A stretch of DNA of 64,000 nucleotides. It comes from Parvibaculum sp. GTDB lineage: Bacteria; Pseudomonadota; Alphaproteobacteria; Parvibaculales; Parvibaculaceae. A model generated the notes under the pieces. It had not been told where the DNA came from. It made no database searches and saw only the letters and a program-made list of their open reading frames with translations. The stretch spans positions 504 to 64,503 of the forward strand of contig PNMC01000002.1 of NCBI GenBank assembly GCA_013823365.1, read 5' to 3'. How positions within the stretch are numbered: the first letter of the stretch is position 1; the number at the start of each line of letters is the position of its first letter. Made by a program: the position numbers and the translations under genes. Shown piece after piece: positions 56,662-64,000 of this stretch.

Positions 56662-58176
56662 ATGACAGAGCAAAAAAGCCAGGCTGTTGCCGAGGATTGG
56701 CTGGAGGTGGCGCGCCGTAACCCGCAGCGCGGCGCTCCAAATTCGGGTCATTCCGGCGAGGCAGCGCCATCGGATGCCACAGACTACGGTATGGACCGGA
56801 TCAGCCTGCGCTTCCGGAACCCTGAGCTCGAACACCGCTACAACCTTGATAACTATGAGCGGCAGATCGGGCTGATACGCCTTTCGATCGCGATGGGCGC
56901 CGTCATCTTCGCCCTCTATTCCGTGGTCGATCCCTTCATCATCCCCGAAGTGACCTATGAAGCCTGGGCGATCCGGCTCGGCATTGCCTGTCCGCTCCTC
57001 TTCGCCATCGTTGCGCTGTCCTATCTGCCGGGCTTCTCATACCACCATCAGGGACTCCTCTCCTTCGCGATGGTCATACCCGGCCTGGCCGTGGTGGGGA
57101 TGATCGCGGTGGCCGAAGCGCCGGGCAATTATCTCTACTATGCAGGCATCCTCATTATTCTGAGCTATGCAAATTGCCTTTGGCGGTTGCGCTATCACTA
57201 CGCCGTCATTTCCACCGGCTTCACCTGCCTCGCCTATGAATATGTGGTGCTTTTCGTGAATCCGATTCCAGCAAACATGCTGATCAACAACAACGTATTC
57301 CTGTTGTTCGGCGTGGGCGTCAGCATGTTCGTGAACTATGTGCAGGAATACAAACTGCGCGTCAGCTTCGTCGACAACGAGAAACTGCGCGCCGAGCAAA
57401 GGCGTTCCGAACGGCTGCTCAGCCGGTCGGAAGCAGCGAACCGGGCGAAGAACGATTTCCTGGCCATCATGAGCCACGAACTGAGGACGCCGCTCAACGC
57501 CATCATCGGCTTCTCGGAGATCATTTCGAACCAGATGTTCGGACCGGCAGGCCAGCCGAAATATGTCGACTATGCTGCCGACATCAAGGCGAGCGGCGCG
57601 CATCTCCTCAGCATCATCAACGACATCCTCGACATTTCGAAGGCCGAGGCCGGCAAGCTGCAGCTCGAGGAGGAGCCGATCGACCCCGTCGAGGCGCTGA
57701 ACCGGACCATGCGCATGTTCCGTCAGCGCGCATCGGAACTCGGCGTCGACCTCACCTTCCGCGTCCGCGACGATATTCCCTGGCTGATCGCCGATCCGCG
57801 GCTCTTCAATCAGGTCGCGATCAACCTGACGTCCAATGCGCTCAAGTTCACGCCGGAGAACGGCAATGTCTGGGTCGAACTCGGGTTCAACACCGCCGGC
57901 GATCTCGTTCTTAGCGTCAAGGATACGGGCATCGGCATCAAGGCATCCGATCTGGAGCGCATCTTCGAACCTTTCGTGCAGGTCGAGGATGCCATGTCCC
58001 GCACCCATCAGGGCACTGGCCTCGGCCTCCCGCTGGTGCGCAAGATCATGAATCTGCACGGCGGCACGATCGAACTCGAAAGCAAGGTCGGCGAAGGCAC
58101 GGCGGCCCACGCGACCTTCCCCAAAAGCCGCTTCGTGGCGCCCGAAGCCAGCCAGTTCAGCTGGAAAGCGGGTTAG
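56662..58176 (+). CDS. Membrane sensor histidine kinase, PleC/DivJ (PdhS)-type H-box, ~6-TM input domain, no receiver
   Basis: AKNDFLAIMSHELRTPLNAIIGFSE, NLTSNALKFT, DTGIGI, IFEPF and GTGLGL motifs; start re-called at ATG 56662. Confidence 0.92.
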   Translation: MTEQKSQAVAEDWLEVARRNPQRGAPNSGHSGEAAPSDATDYGMDRISLRFRNPELEHRYNLDNYERQIGLIRLSIAMGAVIFALYSVVDPFIIPEVTYEAWAIRLGIACPLLFAIVALSYLPGFSYHHQGLLSFAMVIPGLAVVGMIAVAEAPGNYLYYAGILIILSYANCLWRLRYHYAVISTGFTCLAYEYVVLFVNPIPANMLINNNVFLLFGVGVSMFVNYVQEYKLRVSFVDNEKLRAEQRRSERLLSRSEAANRAKNDFLAIMSHELRTPLNAIIGFSEIISNQMFGPAGQPKYVDYAADIKASGAHLLSIINDILDISKAEAGKLQLEEEPIDPVEALNRTMRMFRQRASELGVDLTFRVRDDIPWLIADPRLFNQVAINLTSNALKFTPENGNVWVELGFNTAGDLVLSVKDTGIGIKASDLERIFEPFVQVEDAMSRTHQGTGLGLPLVRKIMNLHGGTIELESKVGEGTAAHATFPKSRFVAPEASQFSWKAG

Positions 58177-58184
58177 CCGGCCCG

Positions 58185-59648
58185 TCAGGCCGGTTTGTCC
58201 GCAACCATGAGGTAGATGCATTTCGTCGCGTCGATCTCGACGGTCACATTCTCCACGTAGAGCCCCTCAAGCAGGTCGAGCATGTCCTGCTCGGTGCGGT
58301 AGATCAGGCTCCAGTCGGTCACGAATTCGAGCGGCCACTCGCAGCTTTCCCGGCCCTTCCTCACATTGGCGAGAATGAGCTTGCCGCCCGGCTTCACCTG
58401 CTCATAGAGATCGCGGGTGAGCGCCTTGGCGCGTCGCGCCGAAAGATAGTCGTAAAGTCCGAGACTGTAGATGACGTCCTGTGGCGGCAGGGCACGGAAG
58501 AGCGCGCCTGCCTTCAGAAGCTGGGCAAAGGATGCCTGCAGGCATTGCACCTTGGCGCGGCCGGCATGGCGGACGACCTCCGGATAGGCATGCTCATAGG
58601 CATGGGTGAGCGCGCGATGATCCTGATCGATCAGGGTGAAATTCACCGGGCGTGGGAGTTCGCCGATCTTCAGATAGTCATAGACCTCATAGGCCGAGCC
58701 GCAGCCGAGATTGGCGATGTTGAGCGGCACGTCGCCCGGCTCTTCCGCAATCCGGTCGGCAATGATCTTCTGCGTCATGCGCAGCCGCGTGCCGACGCAG
58801 GCCCCGGTTTCGATACCGATCCGGTGCAGCAGTTTTTCATAGGGCGTATTGCCGACGCGCTGCCACTCATAGACATAGTTCATGATCTGGTAGTCGCCGG
58901 GATAGCCGAGCGGCTTTTCGTAGCAACGCTTCATGACGGCGCCCGGCATGAAATCGGGCGTCAGCACGCGTTCGGCATAGCGCTTGTGGCGGGCGAGCAT
59001 GGCCGGGTCCGACCAGACGGGCTCCAGTATGTCATTGCCGCGATACCAGAGCTCCTGCCATTGCGGCACGATGCGTTCCTCGCAGGCGATCAGTGCTTCG
59101 AGCAGCAGTTTCTCGCGCTCGGGCCCGGTCGCCTTCAGGCGCGCTTCATAGGTCTCCAGCAGATCCTTGTAAGAGCGGAAGAGATTGACGATTTCGGTGC
59201 TGAGCTGGAGGAACTCCGGCAGGATGTCTTCCGACATGCCGAAGCGCGGATCGGCAAGCGCCTGGCTCAGCACCAGATTGTCGTGCTCGCTGATGATCGC
59301 AGGAATATCGAGATAGCCGGAGGTGAATTCGAGGCCGACAAGCGTGCGGACGCCATGGGGCTCGATACGGCGAATCCGGCCGGAGCCTTCATAAAGCCGA
59401 GCGTTGCCGACACGAAGCTCGAACGGCATTTCCTCGCCGATCCGCGCTTCCCAGCCCTCGGCGCGTGAACTCTGGACCGCAAGTCCGGTCATGCTGAGAT
59501 TCTTGAGCGCTGTCTGCTCGTTTTCGATGAAAACGGCAGGAACAGCCTCGCTGAAAAGCTGTTCGGGCCGGAAGCGCTCCGCCCGGTAGAACATTCGCCG
59601 GCCTTCCGCCCCGGTAAGCTGTTCGTAAGTTCTGATCACTGGCCCCAC
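58185..59648 (-). CDS. Class I SAM-dependent methyltransferase with N-terminal PilZ-like domain (PhcB-like)
   Basis: RRMFYRAERF...NLSMTGLAV (PilZ-like RxxxR and (D/N)xSxxG); EKPLGYPGDY; NLGCGSAYE; LIDQD; YSLGLYDYL; WSLIYRT. The PhcB-likeness is recalled, not searched. Confidence 0.8.
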   Translation of the reverse strand: MGPVIRTYEQLTGAEGRRMFYRAERFRPEQLFSEAVPAVFIENEQTALKNLSMTGLAVQSSRAEGWEARIGEEMPFELRVGNARLYEGSGRIRRIEPHGVRTLVGLEFTSGYLDIPAIISEHDNLVLSQALADPRFGMSEDILPEFLQLSTEIVNLFRSYKDLLETYEARLKATGPEREKLLLEALIACEERIVPQWQELWYRGNDILEPVWSDPAMLARHKRYAERVLTPDFMPGAVMKRCYEKPLGYPGDYQIMNYVYEWQRVGNTPYEKLLHRIGIETGACVGTRLRMTQKIIADRIAEEPGDVPLNIANLGCGSAYEVYDYLKIGELPRPVNFTLIDQDHRALTHAYEHAYPEVVRHAGRAKVQCLQASFAQLLKAGALFRALPPQDVIYSLGLYDYLSARRAKALTRDLYEQVKPGGKLILANVRKGRESCEWPLEFVTDWSLIYRTEQDMLDLLEGLYVENVTVEIDATKCIYLMVADKPA

Positions 59649-59725
59649 CCCGGATTTACTCGATTACAACTTAACTCAACCGCACTGCACCATAGTGGAA
59701 TGCGTAGTTCAGCGCATCACAAACC

Positions 59726-59741
59726 TTAACGAATGATTAAC
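59726..59741. promoter_or_regulatory. Perfect CtrA box TTAA-N7-TTAAC upstream of PilZ-methyltransferase
   Basis: TTAA-CGAATGA-TTAAC, about 80 bp upstream of the start. Confidence 0.7.
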
Positions 59742-59773
59742 GCGGCTCGGTAACTCCTTCCAGAACCACATTT

Positions 59774-62086
59774 TTATCCCGCGGCGGCCCGCGCATGACG
59801 AGCCCGGAAATTCTCAAGAATCCTCATGACGGGCGGCAGCATCAGCCAGTCGATGAAGAGATTGGAGAGGATAACGAGGGCCGTCATGGCACCGAGCAGG
59901 CGGTTCACCTCGAAGCCCGAGAAGACGAGAATGCCGAAACCGACGGTCAGAGATACGGTGATGACGAGCATGGCCACCCCCACCGTCGCGAAGACATGAT
60001 TGATCGCCTCGTCGGGCGGCAGGCCCCTTTCCCGCGCCTGACGGTACATCAGCAGGAAATAGATCGTGTCGTCGACGATGAGACCGATCGTCATGGCAGT
60101 CACGACCGAGGCCGCCAGGCCGATTTCCCCATAGAAGAGCCCCCAGAGACCGAAGCCGACCAGAGACGGGAGCAGATTGAGGAATATGCTCAGGGCGCCG
60201 AAGACGGCGCTCCTCAATGCCAGTCCCACAATGACCGCGATAACGACAAGGGACACGAGCGTTGCGAGGATCATCGAGCGGATATTGGAGCCGGAGAGAT
60301 TGGCGAAGAGGACGTTGAGCCCCGTGCCGCGGGTCTGCATCTCAGGCGGCGCATTCGCCGCAAGCCAGGCCGACGCATTGTTGTCGAAGTTCCGGATCTC
60401 GGCCGAGGTCATGTGCCGCAGGATCGCCGTGACGCGGCTCGAGCTGCGCGCGACGTCGATCCGGTCGTTGAGCGAGGCACCGAAAGGCAGCGAAAGCTCG
60501 TAAAGCAGGAAATACTGCGCGATGGTTTCCCTGTCGCCGGGCAGGCTGCGGCCGGCGGCGCCCGGATTCATCGCATCGTGAACACGCTCCGTGATGTCCG
60601 AGACGAGTGCCACGCTGACCACGCCCGGCTGCGCCCGGAGCCAGTCGCCGAATTCGGCAAGCTTCGCCTGATAGGCCGGATCGAAGACCCCGCCGCTCTC
60701 GCCCGAACCGATATCGAATTCCACGATGTTGATGCCTGTCAAATGGTCCTCGGCATAGTCCGACGCCTGACGGAAATCGAAATGCTCGTCGAAATAGCGG
60801 GCGAAATCGTCATCGAGCCGAATGCCGGTGAGCCAGACCGCACAAGCGACGACGACAACGCTGCAGAAGAAGAACAGCTGGCGGTAGTAGCGATTGACGA
60901 AATGCCCGAGCCCCACCATGAAGCGTTCGGAGCGCTGCACGGCAGGTTTCAGCTTCATCAGCGAGAGAACGGCCGGTAGCCAGGTGAAGGTGAAGATGAA
61001 AGCGATCGCGATACCGAGGGCCACGATATTGCCTTGCTGGCGAAGCGGCGGTGCATCGGCGAGATTCATCGACAGGAAGCCGACGATCGTGGTTCCGCTT
61101 GTAAGAAAGATCGGCCAGAGATTGACCGACACTGCTTCCGCAATGGCTTCGCGCTGCGTCAGGCCTCGCCCCAGCGCATTGAGCGCCGTTGTGACGAAGC
61201 GCACGGCCGCTGCCATGTTCACCGTCATGATGACGACCGGCGAGGAAACGGTCGAGGTGTTGAGGTCGTAGCCCCACCAGCCGACGATACCCATGGCGGC
61301 AGCGCTCGACAGGCCGAGCAGCGACAGGATGGCGAGGCTCGGCAGAAGCGACCGCACGAAGACGAGCATCACGAGGCCGGTCACGCCGAGGCTGATCGGA
61401 ATGAGATAGATGATGTCGATCATGGCCGCTTCGGAGAAGGTCGCCATGAGCATCACATTGCCGGTGAGCCTGACTTCGATGCCGGGATGGTCCGCCTCGA
61501 AATCCGCTGCCAGGGCGCGCACGGCATCCACGATCTCCCTCACCTGGGCGGAGGCTTCGTCCGGCAGGTTGAAGTTGACCACCACACCCGCCGTCTCCGC
61601 ATCCCCCGAAAGGAGGCGGTCGCGGATCAGCAGATCGTCGAGCGCAATGCGTTCGATCTCGTACGCTTCTTCCGCGCCGAGCGCCGCATCGCTGGCGACG
61701 AGATCGCCGACCGAGAAACTGTCGGCATCGGAAGCGACATGCGGGAAATTCGTCAGCGCGTCGACACGGGTCGAATGCGGCAGGGTCCAGGCGCGGGAAA
61801 CGAGATCGCGAAGCGCGGCCAGCGTTTCGGGCTCGGTCATCTTGCGGCCCGGCGCGGAGACGACCATCAGGACGCTGTTGTCCTGTCCGTATTTCGCCTC
61901 GAAATGCCTCAGCGCGGCGTAATCCGGGCCTTCGGGATTGAAGTAGACCCGCGTGTCGTAGGAAAGGGAGAAATTGAGGATACCGAGCGCCGCCGCCGCG
62001 AAGGCCGCAAGGCACAGCAGGATCGTCGCGCGCGGATAGCGCAAGAACGGATTTCTGGTCTTGTCCATGAACTGCAGGCCCCCCAC
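59774..62086 (-). CDS. MMPL/RND-family transporter (lipid exporter type)
   Basis: Two 1+5 TM halves with periplasmic loops; LTSGTTIVGFLS and GLIVDDTIYF motifs. Start GTG 62086 or ATG 62068. Confidence 0.9.
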   Translation of the reverse strand: MGGLQFMDKTRNPFLRYPRATILLCLAAFAAAALGILNFSLSYDTRVYFNPEGPDYAALRHFEAKYGQDNSVLMVVSAPGRKMTEPETLAALRDLVSRAWTLPHSTRVDALTNFPHVASDADSFSVGDLVASDAALGAEEAYEIERIALDDLLIRDRLLSGDAETAGVVVNFNLPDEASAQVREIVDAVRALAADFEADHPGIEVRLTGNVMLMATFSEAAMIDIIYLIPISLGVTGLVMLVFVRSLLPSLAILSLLGLSSAAAMGIVGWWGYDLNTSTVSSPVVIMTVNMAAAVRFVTTALNALGRGLTQREAIAEAVSVNLWPIFLTSGTTIVGFLSMNLADAPPLRQQGNIVALGIAIAFIFTFTWLPAVLSLMKLKPAVQRSERFMVGLGHFVNRYYRQLFFFCSVVVVACAVWLTGIRLDDDFARYFDEHFDFRQASDYAEDHLTGINIVEFDIGSGESGGVFDPAYQAKLAEFGDWLRAQPGVVSVALVSDITERVHDAMNPGAAGRSLPGDRETIAQYFLLYELSLPFGASLNDRIDVARSSSRVTAILRHMTSAEIRNFDNNASAWLAANAPPEMQTRGTGLNVLFANLSGSNIRSMILATLVSLVVIAVIVGLALRSAVFGALSIFLNLLPSLVGFGLWGLFYGEIGLAASVVTAMTIGLIVDDTIYFLLMYRQARERGLPPDEAINHVFATVGVAMLVITVSLTVGFGILVFSGFEVNRLLGAMTALVILSNLFIDWLMLPPVMRILENFRARHARAAAG

Positions 62087-62146
62087 CCCGATTCACTCCG
62101 CGCGCGCGTAAGGTGATCCATTCCGGGACAAAAGAAAAGGCGCGAG

Positions 62147-62162
62147 TTTACCCGTCGTTAAC
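62147..62162. promoter_or_regulatory. CtrA-box-like site (TTTA-N7-TTAAC) in divergent MMPL/methyltransferase promoter
   Basis: TTTA-CCCGTCG-TTAAC, one mismatch; a further TTAACC half-site at 62190. Confidence 0.5.
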
Positions 62163-62301
62163 GGGACCACCTGGCGGAGAAACCAGGATTTAACCGGCTT
62201 TATGGCATTAAGGATGTTGGCCTCCGTCCCGGCGGGCGAAGGCGCGAATTTCCGGTAGCGCCGCGGTGGAAGGCGGGGCGCCGCCAGAAGGCATCGGAAC
62301 C

Positions 62302-63630
62302 ATGAGCAAGGCGACGCAGGTCAATCTCGCGACAGTCGGCAGCGATGAGCTGAAGGCAATGCCGATTGCTGTCTTCAATGCCTGCCTTGCCCAGATGTCC
62401 GCCGAGGCGATCGCGCGTTTCAAGCGCATGCGCAAGCTGAGCGATGTGCAGAAAGCAGCCGTCGAGCGCGCACTCACCGAGGCTGCCCAAGGCAAGAAAC
62501 CCGTCAGGGGCGAAGGAGCGGCGCCAGGCCCTGCGAAAAGCGAGGGCGGCAAGGCGGCGCCCGTCGAGGCCGCCGCATCGAAACAGCCTGTGCAGGCGTC
62601 CTTTCTGAAGGATCTTCTGCTCCGGATCGCCGCATGGTGGGACGGCGTCGACACGGATGCGCTGGCCCGCTCGCGCGGCATCAAACGGTGGAAGCCCAGA
62701 ACGAAGATCAAGGAACCCGCGCCCGAGGCGCCGCCGCCGGAGGAACCGGCGCCCTCGCCGCCCCTTACACGCGTCGAATTGCTCCAGAGGCTCTGGGGCG
62801 AGGGGTTCAGTCTTCCGGGCGGCGGCGACTTTGCCCTTCGCGTTGCGGCGCCGGCGCGGCTCGCCAAAGGCGATATCTGCCTCGATCTCGCGCCGGGCCT
62901 CGGTGGCGGCATGCGCACCATCGCGCAAGCGACGGGCGCACACCTGACCGGCATCGAAAGCGACCGCGAACTGGCTCAGGCGGCCGCCGCTCTCTCCGAA
63001 GCTGCAGGTATGACGGAAACAGCGAGCATCCGGCCTGCGGAATTCAGCGGCCTCGACGACGGCGATTTCGGCCCGGCCGGTCAATATTCGGCTGTGATGA
63101 TGCGCGAAGCGATGTTTGCGGTAGACGACCGCGAGGGAATGCTCGCCGCCATTCACCGCTCGTTGAAGGATGGCGGCTCGCTGCTGCTCACGGATTTCGT
63201 CCTCGACGGGGATCCCGACCGGCCTGTCTCGCAAGCGGTCGCGCATTGGCGGACGGCGGAACCTGACGGTGCCGATCCATGGACGGAAGCCGACTACCGG
63301 GAAGCCCTGGCAGCGCAAGATTACATCGTGGAAAGGTTCGACGATATCACCGCGAAATATCTGCCTCTCGTCAAGGAAGGGCTGCGCCGATTCCACGATT
63401 GCCTGCAAAACGCCAAACTTCCGCCGGAAACGCTTCCCATCTTGATGCGTGAGGGCAATCTATGGCTTGCGCGCAATCAGGCCCTCGAGTCGGGACATTT
63501 GTCCCTCGTGCTCATTCAGGCGCGACGTGCCGTTCCCCAGGAAAGGCCAGAGTTCGAAGAAGAGGAAGCCGTTTCGGATGAAGCGGCCCATATCGAAGAT
63601 GACATCTCACTGGAGCAAGGCCGTGACTAG
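62302..63630 (+). CDS. SAM-dependent methyltransferase-fold protein with long N-terminal extension
   Basis: QRLWGEGFSLPGG, CLDLAPGLGG, LTGIE and LKDGGSLLLTDF resemble phosphoethanolamine/sarcosine N-methyltransferase folds; Pro/Ala-rich N-terminus and acidic tail. Confidence 0.78.
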   Translation: MSKATQVNLATVGSDELKAMPIAVFNACLAQMSAEAIARFKRMRKLSDVQKAAVERALTEAAQGKKPVRGEGAAPGPAKSEGGKAAPVEAAASKQPVQASFLKDLLLRIAAWWDGVDTDALARSRGIKRWKPRTKIKEPAPEAPPPEEPAPSPPLTRVELLQRLWGEGFSLPGGGDFALRVAAPARLAKGDICLDLAPGLGGGMRTIAQATGAHLTGIESDRELAQAAAALSEAAGMTETASIRPAEFSGLDDGDFGPAGQYSAVMMREAMFAVDDREGMLAAIHRSLKDGGSLLLTDFVLDGDPDRPVSQAVAHWRTAEPDGADPWTEADYREALAAQDYIVERFDDITAKYLPLVKEGLRRFHDCLQNAKLPPETLPILMREGNLWLARNQALESGHLSLVLIQARRAVPQERPEFEEEEAVSDEAAHIEDDISLEQGRD

Positions 63631-63649
63631 GCGGCCCACGGAGTTTCAA

Positions 63650-63796
63650 ATGCCGGATCACATTCCCCGCTCAACCGGAGGCGGACGCCGCATCGAACCG
63701 ATATTCGACGCCTCGGGCACACTCAGACGCCATGCGCTGAGCCGGAGCGACACCGCCACGCGCAAGACCGAGACGGGCGACAAGGGCGACGAGTAA
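63650..63796 (+). CDS. Possible small protein (48 aa)
   Basis: ATG 63650 with GGAG RBS, 19 nt after the upstream stop; fills the gap to the convergent gene; no recognisable motif. Confidence 0.35.
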   Translation: MPDHIPRSTGGGRRIEPIFDASGTLRRHALSRSDTATRKTETGDKGDE

Positions 63797-63800
63797 GGCT

Positions 63801-64000
63801 TCAGCCGATTTCGAGGCTGTCGTCGTCCTTTTCATCCATCGCAGCTTCGCTGCGTTCCTTGTGACGGCGATACCGGACGACGGCCACCGGAATGGACGCG
63901 AGATAAATCGCGCAGAGAGCCGAGAAGGCGATCCAGGGATAGCTCAGGATGATCGCCGCGCTCATACCCACCAGCAGAAGAATGGGCAGGACCATGTCGC
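63801..64000 (-). CDS. pssA: 3' end of probable CDP-diacylglycerol--serine O-phosphatidyltransferase
   Basis: C-terminal VLPILLLVG...LSYPW...YLASIP pattern resembles alphaproteobacterial PssA; partial at the window edge. Confidence 0.55.
   Translation of the reverse strand, partial: DMVLPILLLVGMSAAIILSYPWIAFSALCAIYLASIPVAVVRYRRHKERSEAAMDEKDDDSLEIG

Noticed and set aside
1-64000. Mobile elements, prophage, tRNA/rRNA, known defence systems
   Set aside because: I recognised no integrase, transposase, phage structural gene, terminal repeats or RNA-gene signature by eye. Small RNAs could have been missed without covariance searches.

Overview
A GC-rich, gene-dense chromosomal window from an alphaproteobacterium. 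The gene content, CtrA-like boxes and PleC/DivJ-type kinase suggest a Parvibaculum-like Hyphomicrobiales organism, which is my inference only. I saw no rRNA, tRNA, CRISPR array, integrase or transposase. From left to right: the 5' end of a Baeyer-Villiger-type monooxygenase; a TRAP transporter; a PQQ sugar dehydrogenase; a ~22 kb catabolic island (5.3-27.7 kb); TonB; a Firmicutes-like agmatine deiminase operon (PTC-antiporter-AguA-carbamate kinase) with a divergent N-carbamoylputrescine amidase; PLD-VTT plus EEP hydrolase; sulfatase plus FGE; phaC-phaZ; DUF1330/DUF2855/GST/TetR; an AMP-phosphorylase / PRPP-synthetase / beta-CASP nuclease trio; a Q/E/R tandem-repeat glycine-zipper protein; gdhA; uppP; a signalling-like module; and the 3' end of a probable pssA. 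The island holds an RND/DUF1329/YCF48/DUF1302 envelope module, an acetoacetyl-CoA-type ligase, a five-gene acetophenone-carboxylase-like operon, a MalT-like LuxR regulator and an ene-reductase-like enzyme. All four of its promoter regions share a CCRCCC-N4-GGRTGG palindrome. The signalling-like module is a multi-TM PleC/DivJ-type kinase, a PilZ-like/PhcB-like methyltransferase, an MMPL exporter and a second methyltransferase, with CtrA-like boxes. The two best candidates for an undescribed system are the ketone-carboxylation regulon and this putative lipid-methyl-ester signalling module. Family assignments come from motif recognition by eye, not database searches. Many start codons were re-called from RBS position and are approximate.
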